From Minisyncoccota bacterium (GTDB taxonomy: Bacteria > Patescibacteriota > Minisyncoccia > Phycocordibacterales > GWA1-40-21), in the NCBI GenBank assembly GCA_041663045.1, contig JBAZRH010000001.1, forward strand, positions 340,403-404,402: a DNA stretch of 64,000 bases. Reading direction: 5' to 3'. The notes under the pieces are model-generated. The model did not search any database. It had not been told where the DNA came from and was given only the letters and a program-made list of their open reading frames with translations. Numbering within the stretch: position 1 is the stretch's first letter; the number at the start of each line of letters is the position of its first letter. Positions 1-9,869 of this stretch are shown here, in pieces. The position numbers were made by a program, and so were the translations under genes.

Positions 1-133
1 TTAGGTATTCTGGCAGAAAGCTCTCTCATTACAAGACCAAAATAAAAACATTGGAGGGTTTGAAGAGAAGAGCAGACAGAGTAGAACAGATCAAACTAGG
101 AAAAATCCAAGAAAATCCAGGAAGATCAAGATA

Positions 134-523
134 ATGAAAAAAGACGGTAATTTCATAATAATAAACAAGACGAAAGGCAAGCTCCCAAGCTTGCCATTTC
201 TCAATATGAAAAATTACGTCTTGGGGGAAGACTACTCCCTCTCGCTTGTAATAGTCGGCAAAAAGAAGATCAGAGATTTAAATAAAAAATATCGCGGTAT
301 AGATTCATCCACAGATATTTTAAGTTTCCCGCTTGAAAAGAAACTTGGAGAAATATTTATTTGCCAAGACATTGCCAGAGAGAAGGCTCCATTGTTTGAA
401 AGAGAATATAATAATTTCTTATCATATTTATTTATACATGGGCTAGTTCATTTGTTGGGATATGACCACGGCATAAAGATGGAAGAGGTAGAAATAGTAA
501 ACAGAAAGCATTTTCAAATTTAA
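134..523 (+). CDS. ybeY: endoribonuclease YbeY (rRNA maturation factor)
   Basis: 129 aa; C-terminal HGLVHLLGYDH zinc-binding motif typical of the YbeY/UPF0054 family. Confidence 0.8.
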   Translation: MKKDGNFIIINKTKGKLPSLPFLNMKNYVLGEDYSLSLVIVGKKKIRDLNKKYRGIDSSTDILSFPLEKKLGEIFICQDIAREKAPLFEREYNNFLSYLFIHGLVHLLGYDHGIKMEEVEIVNRKHFQI

Positions 524-564
524 AAATATTTTGTTATAATTTGGCTATAATTTATCATTAGCCA

Positions 565-1752
565 ATGTCACAAAGAATATCAGTAGGAATAGATATCGGA
601 ACATACCAAATAAAAGTGGTTGTCGCTGAGGATGTAAAGAATGAAAATGGCATTACAAGTGCACGTGTTATCGGTAGTGGCTATATTGAATCAAAGGGTT
701 TAAGACACGGATATATACTCAACACCCCTGATGTGGCAAGAAGTTTAAAAATCGCAATAACTCAGGCTGAAAGAACCTCTAAAATAAGAATCAAAAGAGC
801 ATACGTCTCAATAGGTGGAATTGGTATTTCTGGGATTATGTCAAAGGGTTCTGTTATGATCTCAAAAGCTGATTCGGAAATAACAGACCTTGATGTTAGA
901 AATGTCTTAGCTGTTGCGGAAGAAGAATTATCACAAAATTCTTTGATGAATAAAAAGATTGTTCATGCAATTCCTGTTTCATATAAAATAGACGGCCAAG
1001 TAGTAATCGGCAGGCCAGCAGGGATGCGTGGTACAAAGCTAGAAGTAAAAGCTCTTTTTGTAACGTGCCTTGAACAACATTTGAATGATCTAATAAAAGC
1101 CGTGGAAGAAGCAGGTGTAGAAGTACTAGACGTTATGGCCTCCCCACTTGCTGCAAGTATTGTAAGTCTTACAAAAGTACAAAAAATAGCCGGGTGTGTA
1201 TTGGCAAATATCGGTTCAGAAACAGTTTCTATAGTTGTATTTGAAAACAACACTCCAATATCACTTGAGGTCTTCCCTATTGGTAGTACCGATATTACAA
1301 ACGATATTGCTCTTGGATTCAAAATTCCAATAGATGAAGCAGAACATGTGAAAATGGGCTCTGTTCTTTCTGATAGCCAGTATCCGAGAAAAAAACTTGA
1401 AGAAATCATTCTCGCCCGACTTTCAGATATTTTTGATCTTGTAGAAGTACATCTAAAAAAGATAGGCAGAAGCGGTCTCTTACCAGCTGGTATTGTACTT
1501 ACTGGCGGAGGAGCTAGCCTTTCTACAATAGAAGAAATAGCAAAAGACTCTCTTAAACTTCCGTCAAAAGTTGCTTCGATCAATTTTATTTCAAATATTA
1601 AAAATAGTCAGCTCAGCGATTCTTCTTGGTCTGTTGCCTATGGGCTTGCCGTCTGGGGTATTAGTAACAGTAGTGATATTCCAACAGGTATTCGCCTTCC
1701 GAGAAACACTATAAAAAAGATGACGGATTGGTTTGGACAATTCTTACCATAA
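565..1752 (+). CDS. ftsA: cell division protein FtsA (actin-like ATPase)
   Basis: 395 aa; N-terminal IGIDIGT phosphate-1-like motif, actin-fold length, immediately upstream of ftsZ. Confidence 0.85.
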   Translation: MSQRISVGIDIGTYQIKVVVAEDVKNENGITSARVIGSGYIESKGLRHGYILNTPDVARSLKIAITQAERTSKIRIKRAYVSIGGIGISGIMSKGSVMISKADSEITDLDVRNVLAVAEEELSQNSLMNKKIVHAIPVSYKIDGQVVIGRPAGMRGTKLEVKALFVTCLEQHLNDLIKAVEEAGVEVLDVMASPLAASIVSLTKVQKIAGCVLANIGSETVSIVVFENNTPISLEVFPIGSTDITNDIALGFKIPIDEAEHVKMGSVLSDSQYPRKKLEEIILARLSDIFDLVEVHLKKIGRSGLLPAGIVLTGGGASLSTIEEIAKDSLKLPSKVASINFISNIKNSQLSDSSWSVAYGLAVWGISNSSDIPTGIRLPRNTIKKMTDWFGQFLP

Positions 1753-1784
1753 CATAAAACTCTTTTGTGAAGAAAAACTAAAAA

Positions 1785-1820
1785 GACGGGGTTTTTGCTT
1801 CGCAAAAACCCCGTCTTTTT
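1785..1820 (+). terminator. rho-independent terminator hairpin (GGGGTTTTTGC-TTCG-GCAAAAACCCC) plus T-tract after ftsA
   Basis: perfect stem with UUCG-type loop followed by TTTTT; member of a recurring hairpin family in this window. Confidence 0.7.
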
Positions 1821-2021
1821 CTGTGTCCTGCAGATATAAACCAGTCACGCTATCCACATGAAGTCAACTTTCCTTTTTATGGTGTCTTTTGGTATGATTA
1901 CTTCAAGTTAATTTTGAGTTGTTTATTAGTTAAATTTTAATTGCTGGACGCGAAAAAGCCGTCGTGGTCATTTGATTTTATTCAAACGACAGACAGTAGG
2001 TAGCTAACAGCCAGAAAGAAT

Positions 2022-3185
2022 ATGCCACAAATAAAACCAGAGGTTGAGACATTTGCAAGAATAAAAGTTCTTGGGGTTGGAGGCTCAGGAAAAAATGCCG
2101 TGAATCACATGATAAGTTCCAAAGTAAAAGGGATAGAATTTATCGTAATCAATACAGACGCACAAGATTTACATCACTCACTCGCATCAAAGAAAATCCA
2201 TATTGGAAAAAATCTTACAAAAGGTCTCGGCGCAGGTATGAATCCTGAGATCGGAAAAAGGGCTGCTGAAGAAACAAGAGAAGAAATACAGGAAGCCATC
2301 AAAGGTGCAGATATGGTCTTTGTCTCTTGTGGTAAGGGTGGTGGCACAGGTTCTGGGGCGACTCCGGTTATAGCAAAAATAGCAAAAGAAATGGGTATTC
2401 TCACTGTTGGTGTTGTTACAAAACCATTTTCTTTTGAAGGGACGGTAAGAAACAGAATCGCCGAGCAAGCCATTGAAGAACTTAGAAAAAATGTTGATGC
2501 TTTGATTACAATTCCTAATGACAGACTTTTAGCTACGGTATCAAGAGAAACAACAGCAAAATCCGCCTTCGGTATGTGTGATGATATTTTAAAACAGGCC
2601 GTTGAAGGAATTTCAGATCTTATCACAATGCCAGGAACTATCAAAAATATAGACTTCGCAGACATAAAGGCAGTTTTGGAAAATGCCGGCGCAGCTCTTA
2701 TGGGTATTGGTATGGCTAGTGGCGACAAGAGAGCAGAAGAAGCAGCCAAGATGGCTATCAGCTCCCCTCTCCTTGAAGTCTCAATAAATGGAGCAAAAGG
2801 TGTGCTATTTTCTGTAGCTGGTGGAGATGATGTAACTTTGTTTGAAATTCAAGATATAGCAAAGATAATTACAGATTCTGTAGATCCAAACGCAAAAATA
2901 ATTTTCGGGACAATAAATGACGACAGATTGAAGAAAAACGAAATTAAAGTCACTGTTATTGCTTCAGGTTTTTCAGATATACCAGCCAAGAAATCGCTTT
3001 TCCATGGAGTGACAAATACTAAACCGGAAGAAAAAGATGAGAAAAAAACGTCTAAAATATTCGGCGGTTCGACAAAAGAAGAAGTAAAGCCAGAGCCAGT
3101 ACCAGAAAAAAAAGATATTAAAATAGATGAAGATGACGACTGGGGTGCTGTACCGGCTTTCTTGAGAAGATCTAAAATAAAATAA
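2022..3185 (+). CDS. ftsZ: cell division GTPase FtsZ
   Basis: 387 aa; tubulin signature [21 protein letters not shown]-terminal region, acidic/lysine-rich C-terminal tail. Confidence 0.95.
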   Translation: MPQIKPEVETFARIKVLGVGGSGKNAVNHMISSKVKGIEFIVINTDAQDLHHSLASKKIHIGKNLTKGLGAGMNPEIGKRAAEETREEIQEAIKGADMVFVSCGKGGGTGSGATPVIAKIAKEMGILTVGVVTKPFSFEGTVRNRIAEQAIEELRKNVDALITIPNDRLLATVSRETTAKSAFGMCDDILKQAVEGISDLITMPGTIKNIDFADIKAVLENAGAALMGIGMASGDKRAEEAAKMAISSPLLEVSINGAKGVLFSVAGGDDVTLFEIQDIAKIITDSVDPNAKIIFGTINDDRLKKNEIKVTVIASGFSDIPAKKSLFHGVTNTKPEEKDEKKTSKIFGGSTKEEVKPEPVPEKKDIKIDEDDDWGAVPAFLRRSKIK

Positions 3186-3376
3186 TTCGCTCGTATCGTC
3201 ACTTTTCTGTGCAGAAATTTTCCCCAGCCGGAAAATTTCCTAATCCTCGGCGGCTTGCGCTGTTGGTATACTTTTGCTCGAAGATTACTTCTCGCAAAAT
3301 TACACCACATCGCACCATGCAAGCTCGCCTGCGGACACAGAAAAGTAACGATACTCGCTCAAAGACTTACAAGATT

Positions 3377-4300
3377 ATGATTTACGATTTAGCTATCATC
3401 GGTGGTGGACCTGCTGGCGTTGCTGCCGGAGTTTATGCTGCCAGAAAAAGGATAAAAACGGTTTTTATAACCGAGAGTTTTCATAATCAAAGCGTCGTCT
3501 CTGACAATATTCAAAACTGGATAGGCACGCCTTCCATAAGCGGTGAGAATCTAGCTTCAAATCTTGAGAAACATCTCAAAGCTTATTCTGGCGATATCGT
3601 AGATATAAAAGAAAAAGAGAAAGTCGAAAGTCTTACAAAAGACGGCAAGGACTTTATAATTTCAACAAATAAAAATAAATACAGCGTCAAGACCGTATTG
3701 GTGGCCTCCGGAAGCGTCCGAAGGAAATTAAATATAAAAGGTGCGGAAGAGTTTGAAGGCAAAGGCATCACATACTGTGCCACTTGCGACGGACCTATGT
3801 TTGCCGATATGGATGTGGCAGTGATTGGCGGTGGAAATAGTGCATTTGAATCCGCTTCCCAGCTTCTCGCTTATGTCAAAAGCGTTACAATCCTTCAAAG
3901 AAGTGATTTTAGGGCAGATCCCATAACCATCAAAAAGGTTCTCTCCGACCCACGAGCCCACGCAATATCAAATGTGGATTTGATAGAAATAAAAGGCGAT
4001 AAGTTTGTATCAGGAATAGTTTATAAAGAGAAAGACAGCGATGAAGCGAAAGAGCTTCCTGTACAAGGTATTTTCGTAGAAATCGGCGCAAATCCTTCTG
4101 TGGATTACATCAAACACGGTATTGTGAAGCTCGATGAAAAAGAACATGTGATAGTAGACCCAAAAACCCAAAAAACTTCCGAGGAAGGCATCTGGGCTGC
4201 TGGCGACTGCACCGATGGACTATACAAACAAAACAATATCGCCGCCGGCGACGCTATTAAAGCGCTGGAGGATATTTATAAATATCTGAAGATGAAATAG
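3377..4300 (+). CDS. trxB: thioredoxin reductase (FAD-dependent pyridine nucleotide-disulfide oxidoreductase)
   Basis: ORF-track ORF 3209..4300 trimmed to ATG at 3377 (MIYDLAIIGGGPAG FAD GxGxxG motif); redox-active CATCDG; second GxGxxA NADPH motif. Confidence 0.85.
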   Translation: MIYDLAIIGGGPAGVAAGVYAARKRIKTVFITESFHNQSVVSDNIQNWIGTPSISGENLASNLEKHLKAYSGDIVDIKEKEKVESLTKDGKDFIISTNKNKYSVKTVLVASGSVRRKLNIKGAEEFEGKGITYCATCDGPMFADMDVAVIGGGNSAFESASQLLAYVKSVTILQRSDFRADPITIKKVLSDPRAHAISNVDLIEIKGDKFVSGIVYKEKDSDEAKELPVQGIFVEIGANPSVDYIKHGIVKLDEKEHVIVDPKTQKTSEEGIWAAGDCTDGLYKQNNIAAGDAIKALEDIYKYLKMK

Positions 4301-4302
4301 AG

Positions 4303-4989
4303 TTATTTATTGATGATAATATCGCAAAACTTTCTAGATAAGAAAACTAACCTTCTCTGAATATCGGTCCTACCAAGTCTTAAAACACACACGCCCTTAT
4401 AATAATCATAAGTCTTTTTCCCTTTTGTTCTATTATCAATACTAATCGAAGTAAAGTTTTCTAATGGTATTTTTAATTCTTTCGACCAATACTTTCTAAC
4501 ATGATCCACGTCTTGGTCAGCACGCAAATGAAGCTCACACCTAAAGCCCTTTCTATCGAAACCGAAGCACTTCTCAATAGCTGATATAAAGAAGTTCAGT
4601 ATTTGTGGATCAGAATTCCCTATACCGGTATTATTTGATTTTTTAAAACCTTCACCAAGATACAACATCGCTAAAGCTAGTTCTATAATCTTCTTATTAT
4701 TATAATTAATACTATTTAGTATATTAATAGCATCCAATTCCGCTTTTATTATTCTTTTCTGTTTTTCGGCATTATGCCACAATATAGCCTTCTTTCTAGC
4801 TTCGATTAAAGCAAGTCGTTTATTCTCCTCTAGCTTAATCTCCTGATTAGCAGTTAGTTTTATACCGCTAAACCAACCACTTAACGTAGAACGTGGAATA
4901 CTGTATTTCTTTTCTATGTGCCTAATAGAAAGACCTCTTTTTCTTAAAGAGATCGCATTATTCTTTAAATCGAACCATTTGGACTTCAT
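4303..4989 (-). CDS. putative free-standing LAGLIDADG-type homing endonuclease with N-terminal HTH
   Basis: 228 aa; N-terminal resolvase-like HTH (RKRGLSIRHIEKKYSIPRSTLSGW); LAMLYLGEG resembles the LAGLIDADG motif; sits between trxB and tRNA-Val. Confidence 0.5.
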   Translation of the reverse strand: MKSKWFDLKNNAISLRKRGLSIRHIEKKYSIPRSTLSGWFSGIKLTANQEIKLEENKRLALIEARKKAILWHNAEKQKRIIKAELDAINILNSINYNNKKIIELALAMLYLGEGFKKSNNTGIGNSDPQILNFFISAIEKCFGFDRKGFRCELHLRADQDVDHVRKYWSKELKIPLENFTSISIDNRTKGKKTYDYYKGVCVLRLGRTDIQRRLVFLSRKFCDIIINK

Positions 4990-5035
4990 GTATATATTAT
5001 ATACCCAATGGTCCGTATAATCAAATACATTATTG

Positions 5036-5108
5036 TGGGCGGTGAGGGATTCGAACCCACGACATCAAGAACGTCAATCCTGCGCTCTACCAACTGAGCT
5101 AACCGCCC
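5036..5108 (-). tRNA. tRNA-Val (anticodon GAC)
   Basis: cloverleaf folded by hand: acceptor GGGCGGT/ACCGCCC, D-arm TAGCTCAGTTGGTAGAGC, anticodon loop TTGACGT, T-loop TTCGAAT (one U-U mismatch in T-stem). Confidence 0.8.
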
Positions 5109-5154
5109 AAATTTTCTTTAGAGATATTAGCACAAAAAAGCCAAAAAACAAATT

Positions 5155-5583
5155 GCGGTGTGTATTATACAAAGTTCGAATGTATTTTGAAAGCAACCCT
5201 GATGCCGACTAATCGCACGCGCGGAGCGCGTGGTGGCTCTAAACTGCCTCGTACGCTCGTATCGTTCCGCCACCGCCTCGCAAAGCCTCGGCGGAAACCC
5301 CGAAAGAAAAACACTCCTTGCATTTCTGATTTGGCGGGGGTGAAATTTCTTTTGAAAAAGGAAAGGGTGTTTTTCTTTCGGGGTTCTGCCCTCCAAGTAT
5401 TCGGGCAGGTGGCGGAACAATGCGGACGAAGTTTTGGCAAAACTATTTTTTGGGGAGGAAAGGATTTGCCAAAACTTCGGCTGATTTGTTTTTGAATTCG
5501 GATGTCGCAAGCGGAGGAGGAGGGGTTTGGGGAGGAATTTTCCATTTGCTCCTCTTTTTGTTTTGGGGGAATTCGGGGCGGAC
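5155..5583. repeat. left copy of a 429-bp perfect inverted repeat (partner 9304..9732) bracketing the R-M cassette
   Basis: ORF 5160..5495(+) is identical in protein sequence to ORF 9392..9727(-). Position x pairs with 14887-x. Boundaries checked by nucleotide comparison. GC-richer than surroundings, with internal long imperfect hairpin 5264..5420. Confidence 0.9.
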
Positions 5584-5602
5584 TTCTACAAAAATCTTAT
5601 CA

Positions 5603-5974
5603 TCAACTATCGTTCGTGCCAACTTCTGCTTCACTAATGGTTTGGTAATTTCCACCGATAACTCTGTCCTTGCCCTGACTTGATAGTGCTTGATAAGATT
5701 TTTCTATGTCTTTACTACTAGATCGTAAAGTTCCGATTGTACTTTTGTATTCGCTAATTACATCTTTATAACTTTCACGAATTTGATTTGAAAAGAAAGA
5801 GATTATTGTATAAAGCAATCCTACAGAAATTGAAATTGTTCCTAAAATGCCACGCGGACTTGTAAAATTATTTGCTCCATTCAAGAGCCAGCAACCTGCA
5901 AGAAGCGTGATAAATAACACCAGTATAGATTGAAGTTCAATTTTTTTAATAAGTTCTTGCCACATATTATTCAA
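5603..5974 (-). CDS. hypothetical small membrane protein (island cargo)
   Basis: 123 aa; hydrophobic segment ILVLFITLLAGCWLL; last gene of the minus-strand cassette operon. Confidence 0.4.
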   Translation of the reverse strand: MNNMWQELIKKIELQSILVLFITLLAGCWLLNGANNFTSPRGILGTISISVGLLYTIISFFSNQIRESYKDVISEYKSTIGTLRSSSKDIEKSYQALSSQGKDRVIGGNYQTISEAEVGTNDS

Positions 5975-6620
5975 AGGTGCTATTTATCACGCTCAAAAAT
6001 CCATTATCATCCGCTAAGTATTGTTTGAAACTTTTAAGTGTTGCTGATATATCGCCAATTTCAATTTCTCCAGCTTGAAATACATCAACATCAAAAAGAA
6101 TGCCTAGGGTTTTTGCCTCGTCGTTTTTTACAACAGGTTGTATTACTAAATTTGCGCTAAAATCTTTTCCAGTTTTTACTTCAAGACGAATCACAGACGG
6201 CTTGGTTTCCTTAATAACAGTAAATTTCTTCAAATACTCATCTTGTTTTGCTTGGTCTGCAAATTCATATACAAAATAATTCCGCCAACCAATTCGGCTT
6301 ATTTTTTCAACTTCTAATATCTTTGAAATTGTCTCTGCCTCCTTTGAGAATAGAGTTGAGATCATATCCAACGAATCTGGTTCAGCAAATTTCGCCCACA
6401 CCGCTTGAGCGGTGATTTTTAATTGTTCAATTTTATCTTTCGGATCTTGAATAACTAACCCGTTGAGATTCATTGAAAACTGTGGGGCGGAATTCTTTTT
6501 GTGATAAGCATTCACGATTTCTCCCGCCTTATCAACATACTTAAAACCCTTAATCGTATTGACTTGAATAAACGATTCGGGGTTATTGAGCTTATTTAAT
6601 TTGGCGATTGTTTTGCTCAT
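5967..6620 (-). CDS. hypothetical protein (island cargo, unknown function)
   Basis: 217 aa; 8-nt overlap with downstream ORF suggests translational coupling; no motif recognised. Confidence 0.45.
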   Translation of the reverse strand: MSKTIAKLNKLNNPESFIQVNTIKGFKYVDKAGEIVNAYHKKNSAPQFSMNLNGLVIQDPKDKIEQLKITAQAVWAKFAEPDSLDMISTLFSKEAETISKILEVEKISRIGWRNYFVYEFADQAKQDEYLKKFTVIKETKPSVIRLEVKTGKDFSANLVIQPVVKNDEAKTLGILFDVDVFQAGEIEIGDISATLKSFKQYLADDNGFLSVINSTFE

Positions 6621-6628
6621 AATTATTT

Positions 6629-7426
6629 TTAGTCTATTTTTGTTTCAATTATCTTTTTGAACTTCTTTTCTAACTCTGGTCTTATTTCTTCTCCAACTTC
6701 TTCATAAATTTTGATTAAATCCTCAAAAGTACCGGCTCCACCAAAATAATCCCAAAAATCTTTTCCAATGAGAAAGTCGTTACCTTTGTCGAAAAATTTA
6801 ATACATGTCCATCGTTGGTATTCTTGTGGTGCGTAAGGATTATAATACATGCCTAAAAATATTTTCACCCTTTTACCCTCTCTTGCTTTCATAGCGTAAA
6901 TCTCTAAAAGATCTCTCTTTGCAGCCCTCATTTCATTTTTATTTGGCTTAGGTCCTTTTATCTCGAAATATATTTCTTCGCCGTTATCTCGTTCAAGATA
7001 AAGATCAACAGTTTGAATTCTATCAACTAAATCCTTACTGTCCTGACTTGCATTATAGATTTCTTCTGACTCTTTTTTATGACTTGGCTCTCTCTTTACA
7101 CTATCAAGATCACTGAGAATATTCTCAAATGTTCGCTGTGCTTCGTGTGTAATTTTTCCTTGCAATTTCTCTGTTCCTTGTAGTTTTTTTGCTACCTTAA
7201 AATTTTCTTTGGCAATGATTTTCGCAACTGATTCATGCCAACTACCAAGTGCGGTTTCGCAACCATGTATAAATCCTTTTGCTAAGTAACCCTTCTTTGT
7301 GAAAAGGGCATATTGAAAAGGTTTTGCTGAATCCTCATCGCTTAAATCATACTCCGCAATCTTCCTTAAGATTTTCTCTTTGAGAAATTGGTAAACCTCA
7401 ATTTTTGATTTTTCAGATAAAGCCAT
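6629..7426 (-). CDS. putative Type II restriction endonuclease (candidate PD-(D/E)xK nuclease)
   Basis: 265 aa, immediately downstream of the methyltransferase in the same orientation; VDLYLERDNGEEIYFEIKGPK resembles a D...E.K nuclease core. Assignment is by position and weak motif only. Confidence 0.4.
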   Translation of the reverse strand: MALSEKSKIEVYQFLKEKILRKIAEYDLSDEDSAKPFQYALFTKKGYLAKGFIHGCETALGSWHESVAKIIAKENFKVAKKLQGTEKLQGKITHEAQRTFENILSDLDSVKREPSHKKESEEIYNASQDSKDLVDRIQTVDLYLERDNGEEIYFEIKGPKPNKNEMRAAKRDLLEIYAMKAREGKRVKIFLGMYYNPYAPQEYQRWTCIKFFDKGNDFLIGKDFWDYFGGAGTFEDLIKIYEEVGEEIRPELEKKFKKIIETKID

Positions 7427-7430
7427 ATGA

Positions 7431-9005
7431 TTATTTTACTTTAAAATGAAATATAATTTCTGAATACGGATTTCGATCGCGTTCCGTTCTGTTCAATACT
7501 GGTCGCTTAAACTGATTGACAATCTTCATTCCCGCCTTTTCCGCAATTTCTGGGTAGAGATTATATTTATCATTTGCCACAAGAAAAATGTCAAAATCTG
7601 TTTTGAGGTATTGCTTACAGTTATTTAACACATCTGCAATCCCTTGTGCATATGACCGGCGAGCCTCCATTCCTTGCCCTTTGTATAGCGGCCCAATTTC
7701 TAAATCATCCTTGCGCTTAAATCCAAGAAGGTCATATGCGTAAGCGTGTTGCTCGTGATAATCAATCTGCCCTACATAAGGAGGTGAGCAAAAAATACCA
7801 GCTATTTTTTGTTTTTTTAGAATTTTAGAAAATTCTGGATTTTGCTTCTCTATTTTCTCAAAAATATCTATCGCCCTTGAATCACCAGCTAAAACGGAAT
7901 GGTGAACTGGTTTTCGTAATCTACTAAATTCTCTGATTCTGTTTAATGTATCAAGAGCATAGCGATTGAGCATACTCGTTATCGAGAAAAGAGGTTTGCA
8001 GATTTTTTTGTGTTTATAACAGTAATAAGTCGTAAGTTGAGGTTCTTTGAGGGTTGCGAGGTCGCTGTGCGTAGTCGCACGACACGATCTGATTGTCCTG
8101 CTCAAAATCAGAGCTAACATTTTGCGGGTTTTGACGTCTTTTTCTTGTTTGATTGTTTGGAAAACATGATCTATCTCTCGACGAACATTATCCATAAACC
8201 AAACATCAAGGAAAGAATCGGATTTGTCCTGTTTTAACTTAATTGAATACTTTTTTAGTAGTTTCTGATATACAGGCAAAAACTCCTTCTCTTTTTCTGT
8301 GGCAAATTTATTTTCATCAAAACTTCCTTGATTGATTTTGTATTTAAAGTCAGAACCCGGAAAATGTACCAAGTTAAATTTGGCAAGTTCGGCCAAAAGT
8401 TCGTTTTCAAAATCTTGAATTTTATTGTCATGATCAAAAGAATCAAGTGAAGCAATTAGTTTTTTAATCGCTTTTTGTAAGTACTCATCGTTATAGTGTG
8501 TTGCCTTACAACTTGAAATCATGCAGTTAAATTCAGAAACATCTATACCAACGGAATGAATACCCATTTCAAGCGATTGAATAATTGTTGTCCCAGAACC
8601 CAAGAATGGATCAAGAATAACATCACCTGCTTTGAAATAGGCTTCTTTCTTAAAATCATCAGTATGATTATCTATAAAATATTCAACAAGTTGTGGAATG
8701 TATTTACCTTTATATGGGTGGAGTCGGTGTACATGTTTTGTGGTATCCACCTCTCTTAAATTATCAAAAGAAAGCGTCCAATTTAAATCATCGCCTAGAT
8801 TTTTTTTCCAACTTACTTCGCGCGTGCCATTATAAGAATTATAATATTTTTTTAAATCATTCAAATCAACCATGGTCGAGCCGTTCTCTCCATGTTTTTT
8901 TACTTTTCCATACTGGACAAGGTAAGAAATGTTCGTAGGTAAAACATCTTTCTTGAGATGTTCTGATGCCCATTTTGATGCTTCGGGGATAGTTACTAAT
9001 GACAT
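7431..9005 (-). CDS. DNA amino-methyltransferase (alpha-class; motif I DPFLGSGTT, motif IV SPPY suggests N4-cytosine or N6-adenine)
   Basis: 524 aa; FxGxG-type AdoMet motif near residue 135 and catalytic SPPY near residue 405 with a long target-recognition region between. Confidence 0.8.
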   Translation of the reverse strand: MSLVTIPEASKWASEHLKKDVLPTNISYLVQYGKVKKHGENGSTMVDLNDLKKYYNSYNGTREVSWKKNLGDDLNWTLSFDNLREVDTTKHVHRLHPYKGKYIPQLVEYFIDNHTDDFKKEAYFKAGDVILDPFLGSGTTIIQSLEMGIHSVGIDVSEFNCMISSCKATHYNDEYLQKAIKKLIASLDSFDHDNKIQDFENELLAELAKFNLVHFPGSDFKYKINQGSFDENKFATEKEKEFLPVYQKLLKKYSIKLKQDKSDSFLDVWFMDNVRREIDHVFQTIKQEKDVKTRKMLALILSRTIRSCRATTHSDLATLKEPQLTTYYCYKHKKICKPLFSITSMLNRYALDTLNRIREFSRLRKPVHHSVLAGDSRAIDIFEKIEKQNPEFSKILKKQKIAGIFCSPPYVGQIDYHEQHAYAYDLLGFKRKDDLEIGPLYKGQGMEARRSYAQGIADVLNNCKQYLKTDFDIFLVANDKYNLYPEIAEKAGMKIVNQFKRPVLNRTERDRNPYSEIIFHFKVK

Positions 9006-9009
9006 AGTT

Positions 9010-9222
9010 TTATTTTATCAGATTATCAATGCTTATTCCTAGCCCCTCGGCGATTTTGGTTACAGTTTGGATTGACGGTTTTGTTATAACATTCGATTCA
9101 ATCTTGGTCAGTGTTGTGTAGGGAATATCGCACTTTCTCGCAAGAGCGTCCTGTGTCAATCCTTGCTTTGCGCGAAAGACTTTTATTTTATCCCCAATTT
9201 CTTTATTTTGTTTGCTTTCCAT
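9010..9222 (-). CDS. HTH XRE-family controller (C) protein of the R-M cassette
   Basis: 70 aa Cro/C1-type HTH (GLTQDALARKCDIPYTTLTKIE), first gene of the cassette, 4 nt upstream of the MTase. Confidence 0.7.
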   Translation of the reverse strand: MESKQNKEIGDKIKVFRAKQGLTQDALARKCDIPYTTLTKIESNVITKPSIQTVTKIAEGLGISIDNLIK

Positions 9223-9303
9223 AGTATGATAGTATAAGTATGAGCGTTGAAACTAACCCTCACAACTATACTAACATGAATTTAATCTTTTCTCAATTTT
9301 TTT

Positions 9304-9732
9304 GTCCGCCCCGAATTCCCCCAAAACAAAAAGAGGAGCAAATGGAAAATTCCTCCCCAAACCCCTCCTCCTCCGCTTGCGACATCCGAATTCAAAAACA
9401 AATCAGCCGAAGTTTTGGCAAATCCTTTCCTCCCCAAAAAATAGTTTTGCCAAAACTTCGTCCGCATTGTTCCGCCACCTGCCCGAATACTTGGAGGGCA
9501 GAACCCCGAAAGAAAAACACCCTTTCCTTTTTCAAAAGAAATTTCACCCCCGCCAAATCAGAAATGCAAGGAGTGTTTTTCTTTCGGGGTTTCCGCCGAG
9601 GCTTTGCGAGGCGGTGGCGGAACGATACGAGCGTACGAGGCAGTTTAGAGCCACCACGCGCTCCGCGCGTGCGATTAGTCGGCATCAGGGTTGCTTTCAA
9701 AATACATTCGAACTTTGTATAATACACACCGC
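9304..9732. repeat. right copy of the 429-bp inverted repeat (partner 5155..5583)
   Basis: reverse complement identical to 5155..5583; ORFs inside (9240..9877, 9282..9467, 9392..9727) mirror those in the left copy and are judged non-coding. Confidence 0.9.
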
Positions 9733-9848
9733 CAAAAATCGAAATCAGTTTTTGAAGCCAAAATGGGGTCGCGCCGAAGGCGCGACACTAATGCATTCCC
9801 CCCGCCGAATTCAGAATCCAAAAGGGTTTTCCACGCTCCGCGTGGCTC
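9729..9848. repeat. left copy of a 120-bp inverted repeat (partner 11253..11372) bracketing the serine recombinase gene
   Basis: 9729+11372=21101 symmetry verified base by base; this copy is an inverted duplicate of the tRNA-Ser 3' terminal CCGCC plus its 115-nt trailer. Confidence 0.9.
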
Positions 9849-9869
9849 CTCGTTTGCCAATACAAAATT

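Noticed and set aside
963-1583. Antisense ORFs inside ftsA, ftsZ, lepA, clpB, infB, MTase and others (for example 963..1583, 2174..2749, 30439..32451, 36081..36845)
   Set aside because: They are shadow ORFs opposite strongly supported genes. They are low-complexity and have no independent support.
5127-5683. ORF-track ORFs 5127..5510(-), 5160..5495(+), 5165..5545(-), 5420..5683(+) and their mirror images at 9240..9877
   Set aside because: They lie entirely inside the 429-bp inverted repeat. They overlap one another on both strands, encode low-complexity Arg/Pro/Gly-rich sequence and have no RBS context. They are treated as non-coding.
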